Shown: piece by piece, positions 39,664-51,986 of the stretch
Position numbering within the stretch: the stretch's first letter is position 1
Layout of the letters: the number at the start of each line of letters is the position of its first letter
Source of the DNA: Zancudomyces culisetae HAW-14-8
Taxonomy: Eukaryota > Fungi > Kickxellomycota
Reading direction: 5' to 3'
Assembly (NCBI GenBank): GCA_052426225.1
Contig: JBNJNM010000011.1
Location: 1,736,001 to 1,800,000 of the forward strand
Length of the DNA stretch: 64,000 bases
The notes under the pieces: model-generated
Told to the model about the DNA's origin: nothing
What the model saw: the letters and a program-made list of their open reading frames with translations, nothing else
The model's database searches: none
Made by a program: the position numbers and the translations under genes

Positions 39664-42224
39664 TCACATAGAATTAACAACTGAGCTAAAGCTGGCGTGT
39701 GTGTTACTTTTGTTGATGAGCTCACATCCACGAGTTGTATCACGACTCTGCGCTTTTTCAATGGGGTTATACAACAGCTCAGTAAAATTAAAGCTCGAAA
39801 AAGCTTCCTTATAGCTGGAAATGGTGAGATTTTGGTCAAATATTGGAGACATATTTTTATCCATGTATTTGGTACTTGCATCCAAAATGGGGTAAAATAC
39901 ACGCTCGATCAATTTTTTACATTGATTAAGCAACGCGGTATTCTGAGGACGTTCATCAAAGTTGACAAAATTTACATAAAAGTCTTTAGGATCACCATCC
40001 AGGGTAAAATCGCTGATGGTGTGAGTATTGTGTTTTTCAAATGATTGTTTGTCTATACCACTCAAACCTTCAAACGGCAAATGGTGATTTTTTAACTCTT
40101 TGATTATTGATTTCAAATCGATATCCATTATAAATCGCTTTCTACTGGCTTCATTAACTAATGGAGATAGAAACTCTTTATTTCTACCTAGATTCCTTTT
40201 TGATGCAATTCTACTTAACAGAAACGGGTAATGGATCTTTGGGTTAGATGGATTATTACAACATACTCTTTTGAGATGACTGCTCCCTGTTGGAACCAAC
40301 CACGGATTGTAGTCATATGGAGAAAGCATTTTCAGTGCAAAAGTTGGTGGTATGTTTCTAAATTTGGCGTTGGCCCTGTCATAACTTTTTTTAAGGTTGG
40401 AAAAGTTAATAAGCAAATAATAGTACATCTTTGTTAATGATGATGTTGATTCAAGTCTTTCAAAATATTCGGATATCACTTTTTTTCCATTTATGATTGC
40501 ATTGTGTCTATTCAGATCTTTGATACACTCTATATTAGTGAGATACTTGAAGACGCGAAAAGCCATGTGATTCAGTTCTACATCAAACTTCTCGAGAGAA
40601 AAGTTTGAAATTAGCCAGTAGAATATTTCTGTAAAGCGAATAGTGTCCTCAATTAGTATTACTTTTGCCAGTTTTACCCTTTCCGGGGGGATATCCACAT
40701 TTTCATAGTAAGATATCTCCGATGTACCGATATATAAATTTGCCATACAAGAGTTCAGAATCAGCGTACAGTAGCGTAATATAAAGTATTCAATATTCAT
40801 CACATTCACTATATCTGGATTGCGTACTCCAAATACTAACATTTTTTTCAATTCATTGTGAAATTTCGCTACAACACTCTCCTGAAACTTCATAGAGTTT
40901 GTGAACATTCTCAAATAGCGTCGATAATCTTTACCCATGTCCTTTGCTATTATACTTTCTCTCCGGTTTATAAAAGTTACATTTGTATGTCTTATTTTGA
41001 ACAGTATCACATATGAAGCAAATGTATCAAATTTGAACTCCCCTTGGCTGCTTAGAATCATGTCACCTCTTTTCGTCGAGTTGGTTGTTGATATCGTGAA
41101 TTCTGAGTTTGTGTGCCATAAACGATCATTGCTGGGTAAGTTTACAAGTATGTCCTTCAGCTGTAAGGCCGGCTGAACCGCTGTTGCTTCAGATGTTAAT
41201 ACAGAGAGTATATATGAACACCACCAAAGACGCCTTTTAAGCTCACTTTCTACTATCAAATCCTTGCTAAGATTAGTGGGAGTTCTAATACAATATTCAT
41301 CAATTTTATGTAGTCTCATTGACATGGCCAGCCTAGTTGATAGGTGTATGTATTTTGTGCATTGTGTCGGAACTCCAAGTGTAATGTAATATATAGATAA
41401 CATTAGCATTGTCCATACACTCAAACAATCTGGATTGCTGATAACTGTTCTCATATGTTCAGTGACATAATTTAATGCCCTTTTACGCCTCTTTTCGGTA
41501 AATACTTTCAAAAACTTTTCATCTTTTAATACATTTGATCCCATTAACAAAAGAATACAAACCACGTATTTCGGCACTTGAAAACTCTTTACATTCTGTA
41601 TAAACTGAGGAATCCTTACAACATTTGCAAGTAGAGGATAGCGGTATATAAACTTATCCATAAGCTCATCTATCACATCTCGCAGGAGTTTTGATAACAC
41701 TATATCCTCCGAATTCCTACCGGCTATGTTTTGGATATTTACATTAATGGTACAAACTTTTGTCATCAAGTTATTTGTCTCATTTTTTACATTGTCATTG
41801 ACGATTCTTTTTGAGAAGGTTTTCGTTTTTTCGGCTTGTTTGTGCAATATATCGATCTTATTTTGTATACCCAAAAGTGTTTTATACAGAATCCAATTTA
41901 TGGATCTCTTCTTGATCTTTTTTTTTTCATTAAGCCTGAACCGTATTATGTGCTTTTTGTAGGCGTTTTCGGTGTCTGGTCTTGAACTTTTTCGCTTACT
42001 GCCACTACTCGCGGAATTTTCGCTTTCAGATTTTGCTTGGGCATTATAAAACCTAGCGAAAAATAAAAACATTAATATATTAGTTAAAACGGGACAATAG
42101 AAACTGATTCTCATAACCAACTATGTGTTTATATACTAAGCTTTTTTTGTTATTACTACGCCCATGCTTTCACGCATTTTGGTAGCTGATTTTTGATTTG
42201 AAATTACCTATTTCTTTGGTTCAT
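39664..42224 (-). CDS. fungal-specific transcription factor domain (Fungal_trans/MHR) protein; probable exons 42224-42208, 42052-39664
   Basis: YIHLSTRLAMSMRLHKID...ESELKRRLWWCSYIL...VNLPSNDRLW is the MHR signature. A 17-nt first exon (MNQRN) joins in phase 2. No Zn2Cys6 cluster seen. Confidence 0.8.
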
Positions 42225-44655
42225 TCTCTTACTAAGAACTATTATTAGTTGAAAACGGTTGGTGTTTTGCACCAGTAAATGATAACAATTATCTATAAAT
42301 AAATACTAAACAACAAGACAATTAATCCAACGGTTTTTTGTTTACACTGAACTCTGTTTTAAAATATCAGGTATCTATTTATATTTGCACTTGATAAATT
42401 TGAGTTTCTATTATTCGGGTTTTGCCGAACATGAGTACAGTGGAATATATCCTTCGCGTGTATTGTAAAACTATGCTATAGATTACCTAAAATAATAATG
42501 ACACTCTAGTTTTAGCTAAACCCAAGTTCCCGAAACCACTAAACATAACAACCTATTAATCATTTATTTTGATGGTTTTTTTTAAATATAGTCACTGCAG
42601 ACATCGCTCCTAAACATTTAAGAACTCCAAAAAATTGATGAATAAATACCCGGTTTTTTTACTTTAACATGGTAAGGGCCCGAATACATCAACATTCAGT
42701 ATTTCCTAAACTAAGAACATTGGCCCAATGGCCAAATTGAAATACATTGTACATTGACTGTGATTTGTGAAGTTCTTTTTAAATAAACGTATTGTTTTAA
42801 TATTACCAATTCAATATTACTATTAACCGTTCATACCAATAGATATAAGACTAAACCGAAAATCGCAAATTTTATAAAATTCCAACCAGTTAACATATCC
42901 AGAATGTTCGTCTATTACCTCCATCACTTAATCTCAAAACACTTAAATTCAAAGTCATAGTTCAAAACCAAAACCCATTGTGAAAACTAAGCAGTCACCC
43001 AAGGATGAGTAATAATCAAAATGAAGCACTGACCATAGCTTGGACACTGGATACAACTAAATAATAAATAATAAAAAACAGATGCAATAGTTACACATCT
43101 AAAGTATCTGCCATCCATACTTTTTAGGTCCAAGGTGAAACTATCTACCAGTTTCTTGCTTACACCTTTTTTATCCTTAGGTAAGCACTTTTATTATCTT
43201 TTTTGATGTTAATTTCTTTAGTGTTTGATAAAACTCACATCTAGAATTGTTCTACAATCAATATGGAAGAATAAGCATTAATAGCAGATAAAAAACATTG
43301 GCGATATCTGCATAATGTTTATCTACAGATTCAACCATTTCCATCCCTTCACCATCGATAATTTTTTGAAATCTAAATCATTTGTTTAATATCAAATAAT
43401 CACTTCGTCATGAGGCAAGCTCACCATTTCCAAAATATTGTTTTATATATTCCTGTTATATGCTATTGGGTATGCACCCAAAATCTCACACTGTTTTTCA
43501 ACAGTAGCCTCAGTATAGATCTTTTTTTTTTCATGAACTTCATGTTAGAGACTGATTCCCACGTTATTCAAACCTAACACCGCATTTTAGAATCTAACAT
43601 TATCAATTTAATAGTGCAATAAATAATTTGTGTTTTCTATTTTTTGGTATAAAAAAAAAGGTGATATCCCAGAAACAGATGGACTCAAGTGGATATTGCC
43701 TTGTTTCTTTAGATAGTCCTATAGCGCTATCCATTATAACTTGAAACCTGGATTTCATCGAGAATCACCACTACTTTAATATTATAGTGAGGTGTAGCAA
43801 TCAAGTAGAGTACATAACTTTAATGCTAGGTTTACTTTGTAGACCTGTAGTCAGTAAATATCATTTTTATCATACTTTATCTTTAAATCTAAGTATTAGC
43901 ATGTCCGAATACCACGTTCAAACAATATTCGTTTTTTGATGAGTAGTAGGACAATATGCGCTCGTTTGTGTAAAATACTGGCATACTGATGTCATTATAA
44001 AATCTGTGGCAATGCATAAAACATGAATGCTAGGTAAATCCATTTGCTTAGAAGCATTGGAAGGGTAGTCTGAAAAATAAAAAATGTGATTTTAGATGTC
44101 AATTCAAATGAATGAGGCGCTTGGACAAAATATATAAGAGCATTCACAATAATCATTAACTGAAAGATGTTTTTAGAACTGAAAATTTCAACTATTTTAA
44201 ACCTTCGCTTAAAAATGACATTAAGTTTATTTTATTGATACATATTGGTATCGGTATATGATTGATTAAAGAGCTGAAGAATACTGTAAAAGAAATACTC
44301 TTTTGTACAAACTAAGTATGCAGAACTAAACTTTTAGCTAGACTATGTAAATAATACAGCCTTTGATTTTTTACGGGACGTAAATAGTTAGTCAAGGTCA
44401 AATTTGTTTAGTATGTAGTCTGCTCTAATTAGTTAATGATTTAGGATATGTGTCGAATAAAACGAAATAGCTGAATGCTTATAACTTTTAAAAAAATAAA
44501 AGCTCTTTATCTTATCACAAGCGTGTCGAACCTAAATTTGGATATCCGGAATAAATAGATAGCTACTGCAAAGATAACCCACCCCCCAGAAAAGGAATAC
44601 ATTTCAACTCGCTAATAAACTAGGTAGGATTAAGATTATAACCATTAAGAGTGAA

Positions 44656-45010
44656 TACCAGTACATTTCTGGGCAAATTGTATTACGGAAATTTTGAAGT
44701 GCGGGGAATGTGGTTTAGTTGAAAAGCTGAGATTTCTTTAATATTAATATAGTCTATATATTTTTTGAGTAAACTGAACATTCAATCAAATTGTCCAAAA
44801 GTAAGACAACTACAAGGATTACTCGAAACACACCTTACAAAATGTTGGCATATAGAACCTAAGTACAAAACGGATACAATTTCTACACTAACTTTGAATA
44901 CGGCTAGTTATATATAGACGAATGTCATTCCATTTCAAATATTTTGCTAGTTGAAATTATAATTCTACTTTTTTGTTTTCAAAAGATATAAACAAACTAA
45001 CAAGATAATA
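44656..45010 (+). repeat. duplicated upstream block, copy 2
   Basis: Near-identical to 36746-37101. Confidence 0.92.
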
Positions 45011-45196
45011 CTTAAAAACAAATATCGTAGAGTGTAAATCAATCATTAAAAGTACGATGAATAAATAAATGTCGACCATCCATCAACTATAAACGTAATG
45101 ATAACATAGAGCAAGGAAGCTAGCGGTATTAAATATTATACTTCACGAGATTTCGAATACAATTTCTACAATAATGAATAAAAAGAATGTAAAAAA

Positions 45197-46384
45197 ATGG
45201 AAACAAATGGATACTTTGCAGCAAAAATAGTTGAATATATCATCGTTTCAATTATCGTAGCCATAGCATCCTTCACTGTTTTTTGGTATTTTTTTCTTCT
45301 ACTAGTCGACAGAAAAACGGTTAACAGAGTGATTATTAGGCAAATAGTAATCATACAGGCTTCCGGCATTGTTTGGCTTACTTCACATATTTTGCTTCTA
45401 ACTCAAAATGGGTATTCAAATTTCTGCAAATCTGTAACTCTACTTCTTCAGTATTTTGTGATGTTTCACGTCGTTGTAGGCATAGGGCTTGCTCTTCATT
45501 TGGTTCTTATATTCAGGTATCACAGAAAAAATGTAGAGCGGTATGAGATATGGTACTATGTTTTTGCAGCCGTGATATCTGTATTATCACTCATACAGTT
45601 TTTTTTAGCGGATGAAGAAGGTCTGACCGAATTAAAAAGATGTGGATATCTGTTTTTAGGTGATACAAAATTTCATAAAGTCATAATATCATTCTATGTG
45701 ATATGTGGTATAGGAGCTGTCATACAAATAATCCTTTTGGTAATGCTTTTTCGTGGAATAGCAGAAACTCGCGAACCATTTAATGAAGAAATCGATGACC
45801 ACGTTAACTTTCGCAACCGTATTTCAAACATAAATAGAAAGTATAACAATACTTTACTACGGCGAACGTTCAAAAGATTATTATGGTTTCCAATCATTCC
45901 GATTTTTGTTGTAGTTGTTATTTTGTGTAATATAATAGTAGAGGCAAGTGGCCATCCCGTTTCATCACTAGCTTATAGAATTGAGGCTCTTGTGGCATCT
46001 TTAGGAGAGTTGGGCGTTGCTTATTTATTTTTTGGCGATCCGATTATCAAAAGAACTTTACAGGATGATAGAGAACTTCATAATCTAAAAATGCTTATAT
46101 TGAGGGTAATAGGCAAACACAAAGAACTAGAAAATGATAGTGAATTAGGAAATCATACAAGCAGGGATGAAAGTGGTAGCCAGTTAGGAAGTAGCGTAGA
46201 TGATGAAGGTGTTAGTGAATTAATAAGTAACGCAAGCAATGAAAGAAACAACGGTAGCGAAAATGAAGCAAGTAGGAACAAAAGCAATGATGTGTTAGCA
46301 AACAACACAAATGAGAATAAAAGCTATGACAAGTTTGAAGACAGTACAAACATGACTAAAAGTAAACAAAAAGAAGATTTATAG
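45197..46384 (+). CDS. 7TM GPCR-like protein, paralogue 2
   Basis: Same topology and motifs as 37255-38361, with a longer N/S/E-rich tail. Confidence 0.8.
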   Translation: METNGYFAAKIVEYIIVSIIVAIASFTVFWYFFLLLVDRKTVNRVIIRQIVIIQASGIVWLTSHILLLTQNGYSNFCKSVTLLLQYFVMFHVVVGIGLALHLVLIFRYHRKNVERYEIWYYVFAAVISVLSLIQFFLADEEGLTELKRCGYLFLGDTKFHKVIISFYVICGIGAVIQIILLVMLFRGIAETREPFNEEIDDHVNFRNRISNINRKYNNTLLRRTFKRLLWFPIIPIFVVVVILCNIIVEASGHPVSSLAYRIEALVASLGELGVAYLFFGDPIIKRTLQDDRELHNLKMLILRVIGKHKELENDSELGNHTSRDESGSQLGSSVDDEGVSELISNASNERNNGSENEASRNKSNDVLANNTNENKSYDKFEDSTNMTKSKQKEDL

Positions 46385-47400
46385 GGGTTCAGTAGATGTA
46401 TATAGATATTTATTAGTTTTTTTTGATGCACTTGTTCTAATTCGTTTAACTCGGGTTAGATTGTATTTTTAGATGAACAAAAATATAAATAGAGTAAAAT
46501 AAAAAATTCAATTACGGGTTAATGAATAACATGGTTCTGGTATTAATAATACAAAGGTGGAAATATCAATCTCAGATTGTGTAAGATTAAAATACGATAC
46601 GTGTGAAAAAATTAAAAATAAGAGGTAGATAGATGATAAAGCAATATAATAAAACTGAGTGAAGAAAAAGTCAAATTAACCCCATTAAATATTCAGAACA
46701 CAACCTCAAGAGTTTCTATTACAGTTGAGTAGAACTAATAGAATTTGGAAAATACCATTTCATTGGTTTTGTCCTTACTTGCCGGAAATATGATGTTTTT
46801 TACAGTTTAGCTATCCGTATACACACAAGTTGGAGCAAGGTACGTATGTAGTTTAAAATGGTTGATATAAATCCTCAGTCAACCAGTAGTTTTCGTAAAA
46901 GTGAGTGCGGAGTATTGCAATTTATGTTAATATTAAAAATGGCGACAAAGATGAGTGGGGGTTTTACTTAATCGGTGGATAAGATGGGCGAATAGAGCAA
47001 TCCAAAGGTGATTAATCAGCCAGTCATGCAGTGTCCGATAGGAGTGAGGTATGCTTATAAATAAGGTATTGTGGTATTATAGCATTCAGAGATTTAGTAT
47101 TATGTCGTATTTATTATTTACTGTTATATACTCTTAGCAGTTAAATAATAAATTCTAGCCTTCCGGATCAAATATCCAAGCATATTTGCTTAACCTCAAT
47201 CACAAACCATAAGACGGTTAAAGCGATTTAACAACTATTCAAACGTCGGATATTGAATGTATATTAAAAGATACAAATCGCAGAGGATTACAAGGATACA
47301 CCTTTACACCGCTAAAGGTGAATGACAAAAAAAGGAAAAATGTTGAATAGCACGACTTAATGAAAAGTCAAACATATAAAAACGAGCAAAAAACAAACTA

Positions 47401-48372
47401 ATGGAAGGTCCGAGTACATGGCTACAAATAACTACCACTGTTGTCATCTCGATAGTTATATTTTTATCCTCATTTACAATAATATGGTATTTGTTCTTGC
47501 TTTTGGTGAATCGAAAATTAGTCAACAGGATAATAATTAGGCAAATAGTAATCATACAAACCAGTAGTATATCCAGGAATATTACATTTCTAGCGCTTTT
47601 GAATATTTCAGGATCTTCAAACTTTTGTCAAGGCCTAAAAATAATATTTGGGATTTTGGTGATGATTGAATTGTATGTGGGATTGTCAATTCCGTTTCAT
47701 CTGCTACTAATCTTCAAGTATCACAGGAAAAATGTAGAGAAATATGAAAAATGGTACTATTTTTTTGCTGTCGTGATAGCCGGGTTGTCGATCATACAAT
47801 TCTCAGTGGGTGGAGGCAGTGGAGAGCGGTTGTTGGATCGATGTGGTTATGTCTATGTGTCTAGTATAGGGTTTCATCCTGTCATAATATCATATTACTT
47901 ATTGATATTGATAGGTGCATTATCTGCGATTTTATTCTTGGTATTGCTATTTCAAACAATTTCAAAATGCCACGGCACAGTTCCAGAAGGAGCCGAGAAT
48001 GATACAAACATTCGACATAAAATGTCAGCTTTAAACTACAGGTTCAACAACACTATAGTGAGAAAGTTGCTTAAAAGATTGTTATGGTTTCCAATATTCC
48101 CTGTGGTTATTCTATTGTTTGTCACTATTACTTTTGTCGTTGAGGCTCTAGGTCGCAATGTACCAGATTTTGTATATAGGATTCAAATGCTACTAATTAT
48201 TCTCAGCGACTTGGGAGTTACAAATCTGTTTATTAAGGATCCTATGATTAGAAGAACGTTACAGGACGATAGAGAAATTTACAAGTTGAAGATACTACTG
48301 ATTAAGTTAGTAAGAAAGTCAGGAACGAGTATACAAGAACCTATAACAGAGGAAAATATTGATTCGGAGTAG
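47401..48372 (+). CDS. 7TM GPCR-like protein, paralogue 3
   Basis: NRIIIRQIVIIQ, SNFC, RCGY, RLLWFP, DPMIRRTLQDDRE. Confidence 0.8.
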   Translation: MEGPSTWLQITTTVVISIVIFLSSFTIIWYLFLLLVNRKLVNRIIIRQIVIIQTSSISRNITFLALLNISGSSNFCQGLKIIFGILVMIELYVGLSIPFHLLLIFKYHRKNVEKYEKWYYFFAVVIAGLSIIQFSVGGGSGERLLDRCGYVYVSSIGFHPVIISYYLLILIGALSAILFLVLLFQTISKCHGTVPEGAENDTNIRHKMSALNYRFNNTIVRKLLKRLLWFPIFPVVILLFVTITFVVEALGRNVPDFVYRIQMLLIILSDLGVTNLFIKDPMIRRTLQDDREIYKLKILLIKLVRKSGTSIQEPITEENIDSE

Positions 48373-48980
48373 ATTTTATTACTATAGAAAGTAGATACGA
48401 TAAGCAAAGTACACTGAATGTATGTATCATACTTATGTATAGGAGCGCTAGATGCAACAACTGGAGGTTGCTACTAGTTTTATTATAGTTAAAATTATTC
48501 AAGTTAAAATTATTCGAGTTTTTATAATTGTATATAAAATTTTTACCACTGAACAAAATATATCAAACTGAATATAATACGATGTGAGGACAAGACGTAG
48601 TAATGAGCAAAAGTATATACAGTAAAAGTAGTTACAAGTTTGAATGCTTTGTGAGAATTTGTGTTATAGGGTTTTCTAGGACTCGCTTTCGTACTTTATG
48701 TGTAGGAAAATTACACTGATTTATTAAATGCCATCAAACGCCTATACATAAACTAGTTAATTAAAGCTTGATAAGACTCAAGATATGAAAAGATGAGACG
48801 TGTTTAAATGTGTACTTCAACAAGGGTGGGATATATAAAGAATCTTATACGTAGAGAGATTTCAGCTGAACTTGTTGACTATAGGAGCATGAAGTAATCT
48901 AGTTTAAACGCAATGCCATGTTTGGAGTTATGTGTAGAATTTATAGCATTTAAATGGTTTGTTTTTAATAGCCTATTTTA

Positions 48981-49016
48981 TTAGTATTAGTATTAGTATT
49001 AGTATTAGTATTAGTA
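48981..49016. repeat. (TTAGTA)6 microsatellite
   Basis: Directly visible. Confidence 0.9.
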
Positions 49017-49474
49017 CTTAAGGATTTCATCCTTTTAAATAGGCTTTGATGTGTTTAAACTTGAGCGAAATATTAAATTAGCATCCTTAATGATAAATAA
49101 ATAGATATAAAAATAGTTGAATGTGAGTTGGTATGATCTTGTAATCATAATGTTCGTGCTGAACGAATGTTGACAGAGTTTTAAAGCCCCCTACTTAGTC
49201 AAAACTGGGGAAGGGGGGGGTGGGGAGTGAATAAAAAGCACTTATTTGGAAATCGATCTAGAAAAAAAAAATCCTGCCCAAAATTTTTTTTTCCGTTCTA
49301 TAAATCTTGAATAAAGAATCAAAAATCCAATGTAAAATTTTTTTAACTTTGTAACATAGCTAATTGAATAGTTTGTAAATATATCAATTAGTTGAAAGGA
49401 GACAACAGTCAATATTTTGTATATATAATTTATCCTACATATTCGGTATAGAAACGAAAAAATAACGGATAGCT

Positions 49475-51246
49475 ATGGTCGAAATCGAAAACGCGCAGAT
49501 CAAGCTCATTTCAAAGAGCAGCAATTATACATTGCCGGATACACAAATGGTGGTTCCCTCGGCCTTGGAAAAGGCCGGGCTCTCTGAAATTGTGAATAGG
49601 CTATTGAAAACAGAGAATCCTGTTCCATTTGATTTTTTGATTGACGGCGTCTTTTTAAGAACCAGTTTGCTTGAATATCTCAAGAATCAAAATTTATCAG
49701 GAGAAAATGTGATTGACATTGAATTTGTTGAATCCACACTGCCACCAATGTTTAAAGACTCCTGCGACACAGAAAGTTGGATCAGCTCAGTATTAGTTTT
49801 ATCACCAACGTAAGTTTTCCTTTTGTTTTTTCTTTAAAATATTTAACTATCACTTAATTACACTAGCATTAGTGGTTTCACTATGTAATTCATAGATAGT
49901 AATAATAAGCTTACAAACAAAAAAAAATAGGAAATATATCGTCGGAAGTTACGACAAGTCAATTCAAATATGGGGCAGCGATTTGGATATCGAAAGCAAA
50001 TTGGAGGGGCATGGAGGACCTGTTAAATCGCTATGTGTGGCAAATAGATCATTTTCTTATGCAAATTCCGAAAAAACTCGTGCTGATTTATTATCAGGCG
50101 GTCTAGACTGCACTGTGATAGGATGGAGGAGTAGTGATAAAGTCACAGAAGGCTTTGAGCCAGTATATCAGGCTATTGGCCATACAGGAAGTATAGAGTC
50201 GATTTCTATAGATTCCGAAAGCACAAATGTAAGTCTTATAGCCTAATAATAAGCAAAAGACATACTGGTAAATCAAAAAGTTTGAAACCTGAGAAATTGT
50301 AGATAGTAATCTATTATTACTATTAATGTAAATAGTTTATTACTGGATCCACTGACTCGACTATAAAGCTGTGGACCTTGAGTATTCCTGAAAAGTCAGA
50401 GGAGGATCTCGATTCAGTACAACAGCCACAAACCAAAAAGGCAAAGACAGAGCGAACTGAGGGTCTGAAATCAAAGGTTGGTTGGTTGATTGATTGATAT
50501 TATTAATTCACTGATGAATGATGTGTCAACAGATATATACCCATTCATTATTTACCAAGCTCCACTTAATGCAGGGAGAAAAATGGAAATACTATAATCG
50601 CTGATTATATTTGGATTTTTAGGTTTCCAAGGCAACATACTCTGGTCATCAGGGTGCAGTAAACTGTGTTTCATTCAATACCTTGAGACAGACACAGTTT
50701 TTCTCGGGAGGGTTTGATCATACTTTGAGAACCTGGGATGTCACGACAGGAGATTGTACCTGCACAAAGGTGTGTGACCAGGCATTTTTGGATATTGATT
50801 TTTCGCCACTATCCTCATTGCTGGTTAGCGGTCATACAGATAAAGTAATTAGACTGTGGGATCCACGAGTTGAAGGTAGGTTATTATCGGATAAGTATAG
50901 CAGTTAATTTGCATAATTTGTATGTTTAGATAAAAATCTGATTTGAATAATGTAAATAGATACAAGCAAGACAATAATGACGCTAAAGGGACATCAGAGC
51001 TGGGTATCATCGGTAAAATGGTCGCCAACATCACAACACACTTTTGCTTCAGCATCATACGACGGACAAATAAAAGTATGGGATATTAGAAGTCGGTTCC
51101 CCATGTACACTGTTGCACAGCCTGGACAGGATGGAAATAAAGGGTATGATGTGCTGACAGCCAAAAAGCTCCTAACGCTTGATTGGTGGAACTCCAACTT
51201 GGTGTCTGGTGGAGAAAGTGGAAAGTTGGATGTTTATAGTTTTTGA
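49475..51246 (+). CDS. YTM1: ribosome biogenesis WD40 protein Ytm1/WDR12; exons 49475-49809, 49931-50228, 50336-50476, 50623-50875, 50960-51246
   Basis: N-terminal NLE/UBL domain (PVPFDFLIDGVFLRTSL) followed by WD repeats (GSYDKSIQIW, LWDPR, GHQSWVSSVKWSP, SASYDGQIKVWDIRS); four phase-consistent introns. Confidence 0.93.
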
Positions 51247-51312
51247 ACTAGTGTATGATGTGCTTTTGTTTTTTTCTCAGTTCCGTTAAAGTAATGATAA
51301 TAAATAATCGTG

Positions 51313-51351
51313 TTGATATTGATATTGATATTGATATTGATATTGATATTG
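51313..51351. repeat. (GATATT)6 microsatellite
   Basis: Directly visible. Confidence 0.9.
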
Positions 51352-51986
51352 CGAGCAAAATGATGCTGTTTTAATTTGCAGTCATGAATGTGGTGCTGCG
51401 CATTTTTACCAGATGGTTTGTTGAGCTGCGCGAATGTGTTGAGGTTAGAAAAGTCATGTAATATTCATTTGGTTAACCAAGAAATGGGGGTACAAAAAAA
51501 TTTTTTTTTTGATTGTCAATGCCTCAGAGTTTAGAATTTGCAAAAAAATAAAAAAAAATAAAATACAGCGAATTGTCGAATCAGAACCCGCAGAGTTTGA
51601 GATTAAAAAAAAAGAATGGGTTCTGAAAAAATTATGGCAGAGTAAATAAATAGTGAGGAAGATCATTGAGCAAAAAAAAAGAGTGAAAAAAAAAGAAGGG
51701 TGGTGAAGAGAGGAAAAAAGCTGAAATCTCAGGTAGAGGAATGCAATTCGCACAAAGTGAGTTTCATGAAAAATTACAAGTTGAGGCGCCCTTTAGCAAA
51801 GAAACAAGGTATTACCTAGGCTTTTTTTTCATTTTGCTTTTAAAAACAAGACAGAATAACGAATCTACAAGCATAGGAGAGGGAGGAGAATCAAAGTAAT
51901 TCAACAAGTTTTAAAAGTAAAGACGGGACGAAAGCAGCGAATAAATTAAAAGTAGCGAAAGAACGAGAGTGTGTGACGAGGAAAAG

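Noticed and set aside
43100-43560. Minus-strand stretch that looks weakly coding
   Set aside because: Stops in the frames examined and no identifiable homology or terminal repeats; cannot support a pseudogene or transposon call.
50511-50604. Possible C/D snoRNA in YTM1 intron 3 (TGATGA ... CTGA)
   Set aside because: The CTGA is about 20 nt from the acceptor and fits a branch point; no terminal stem or recognisable rRNA guide.
51396-51420. gcatttttaccaga, resembling U5 snRNA loop I
   Set aside because: Does not match the invariant GCCUUUUAC loop and lacks the flanking stem.
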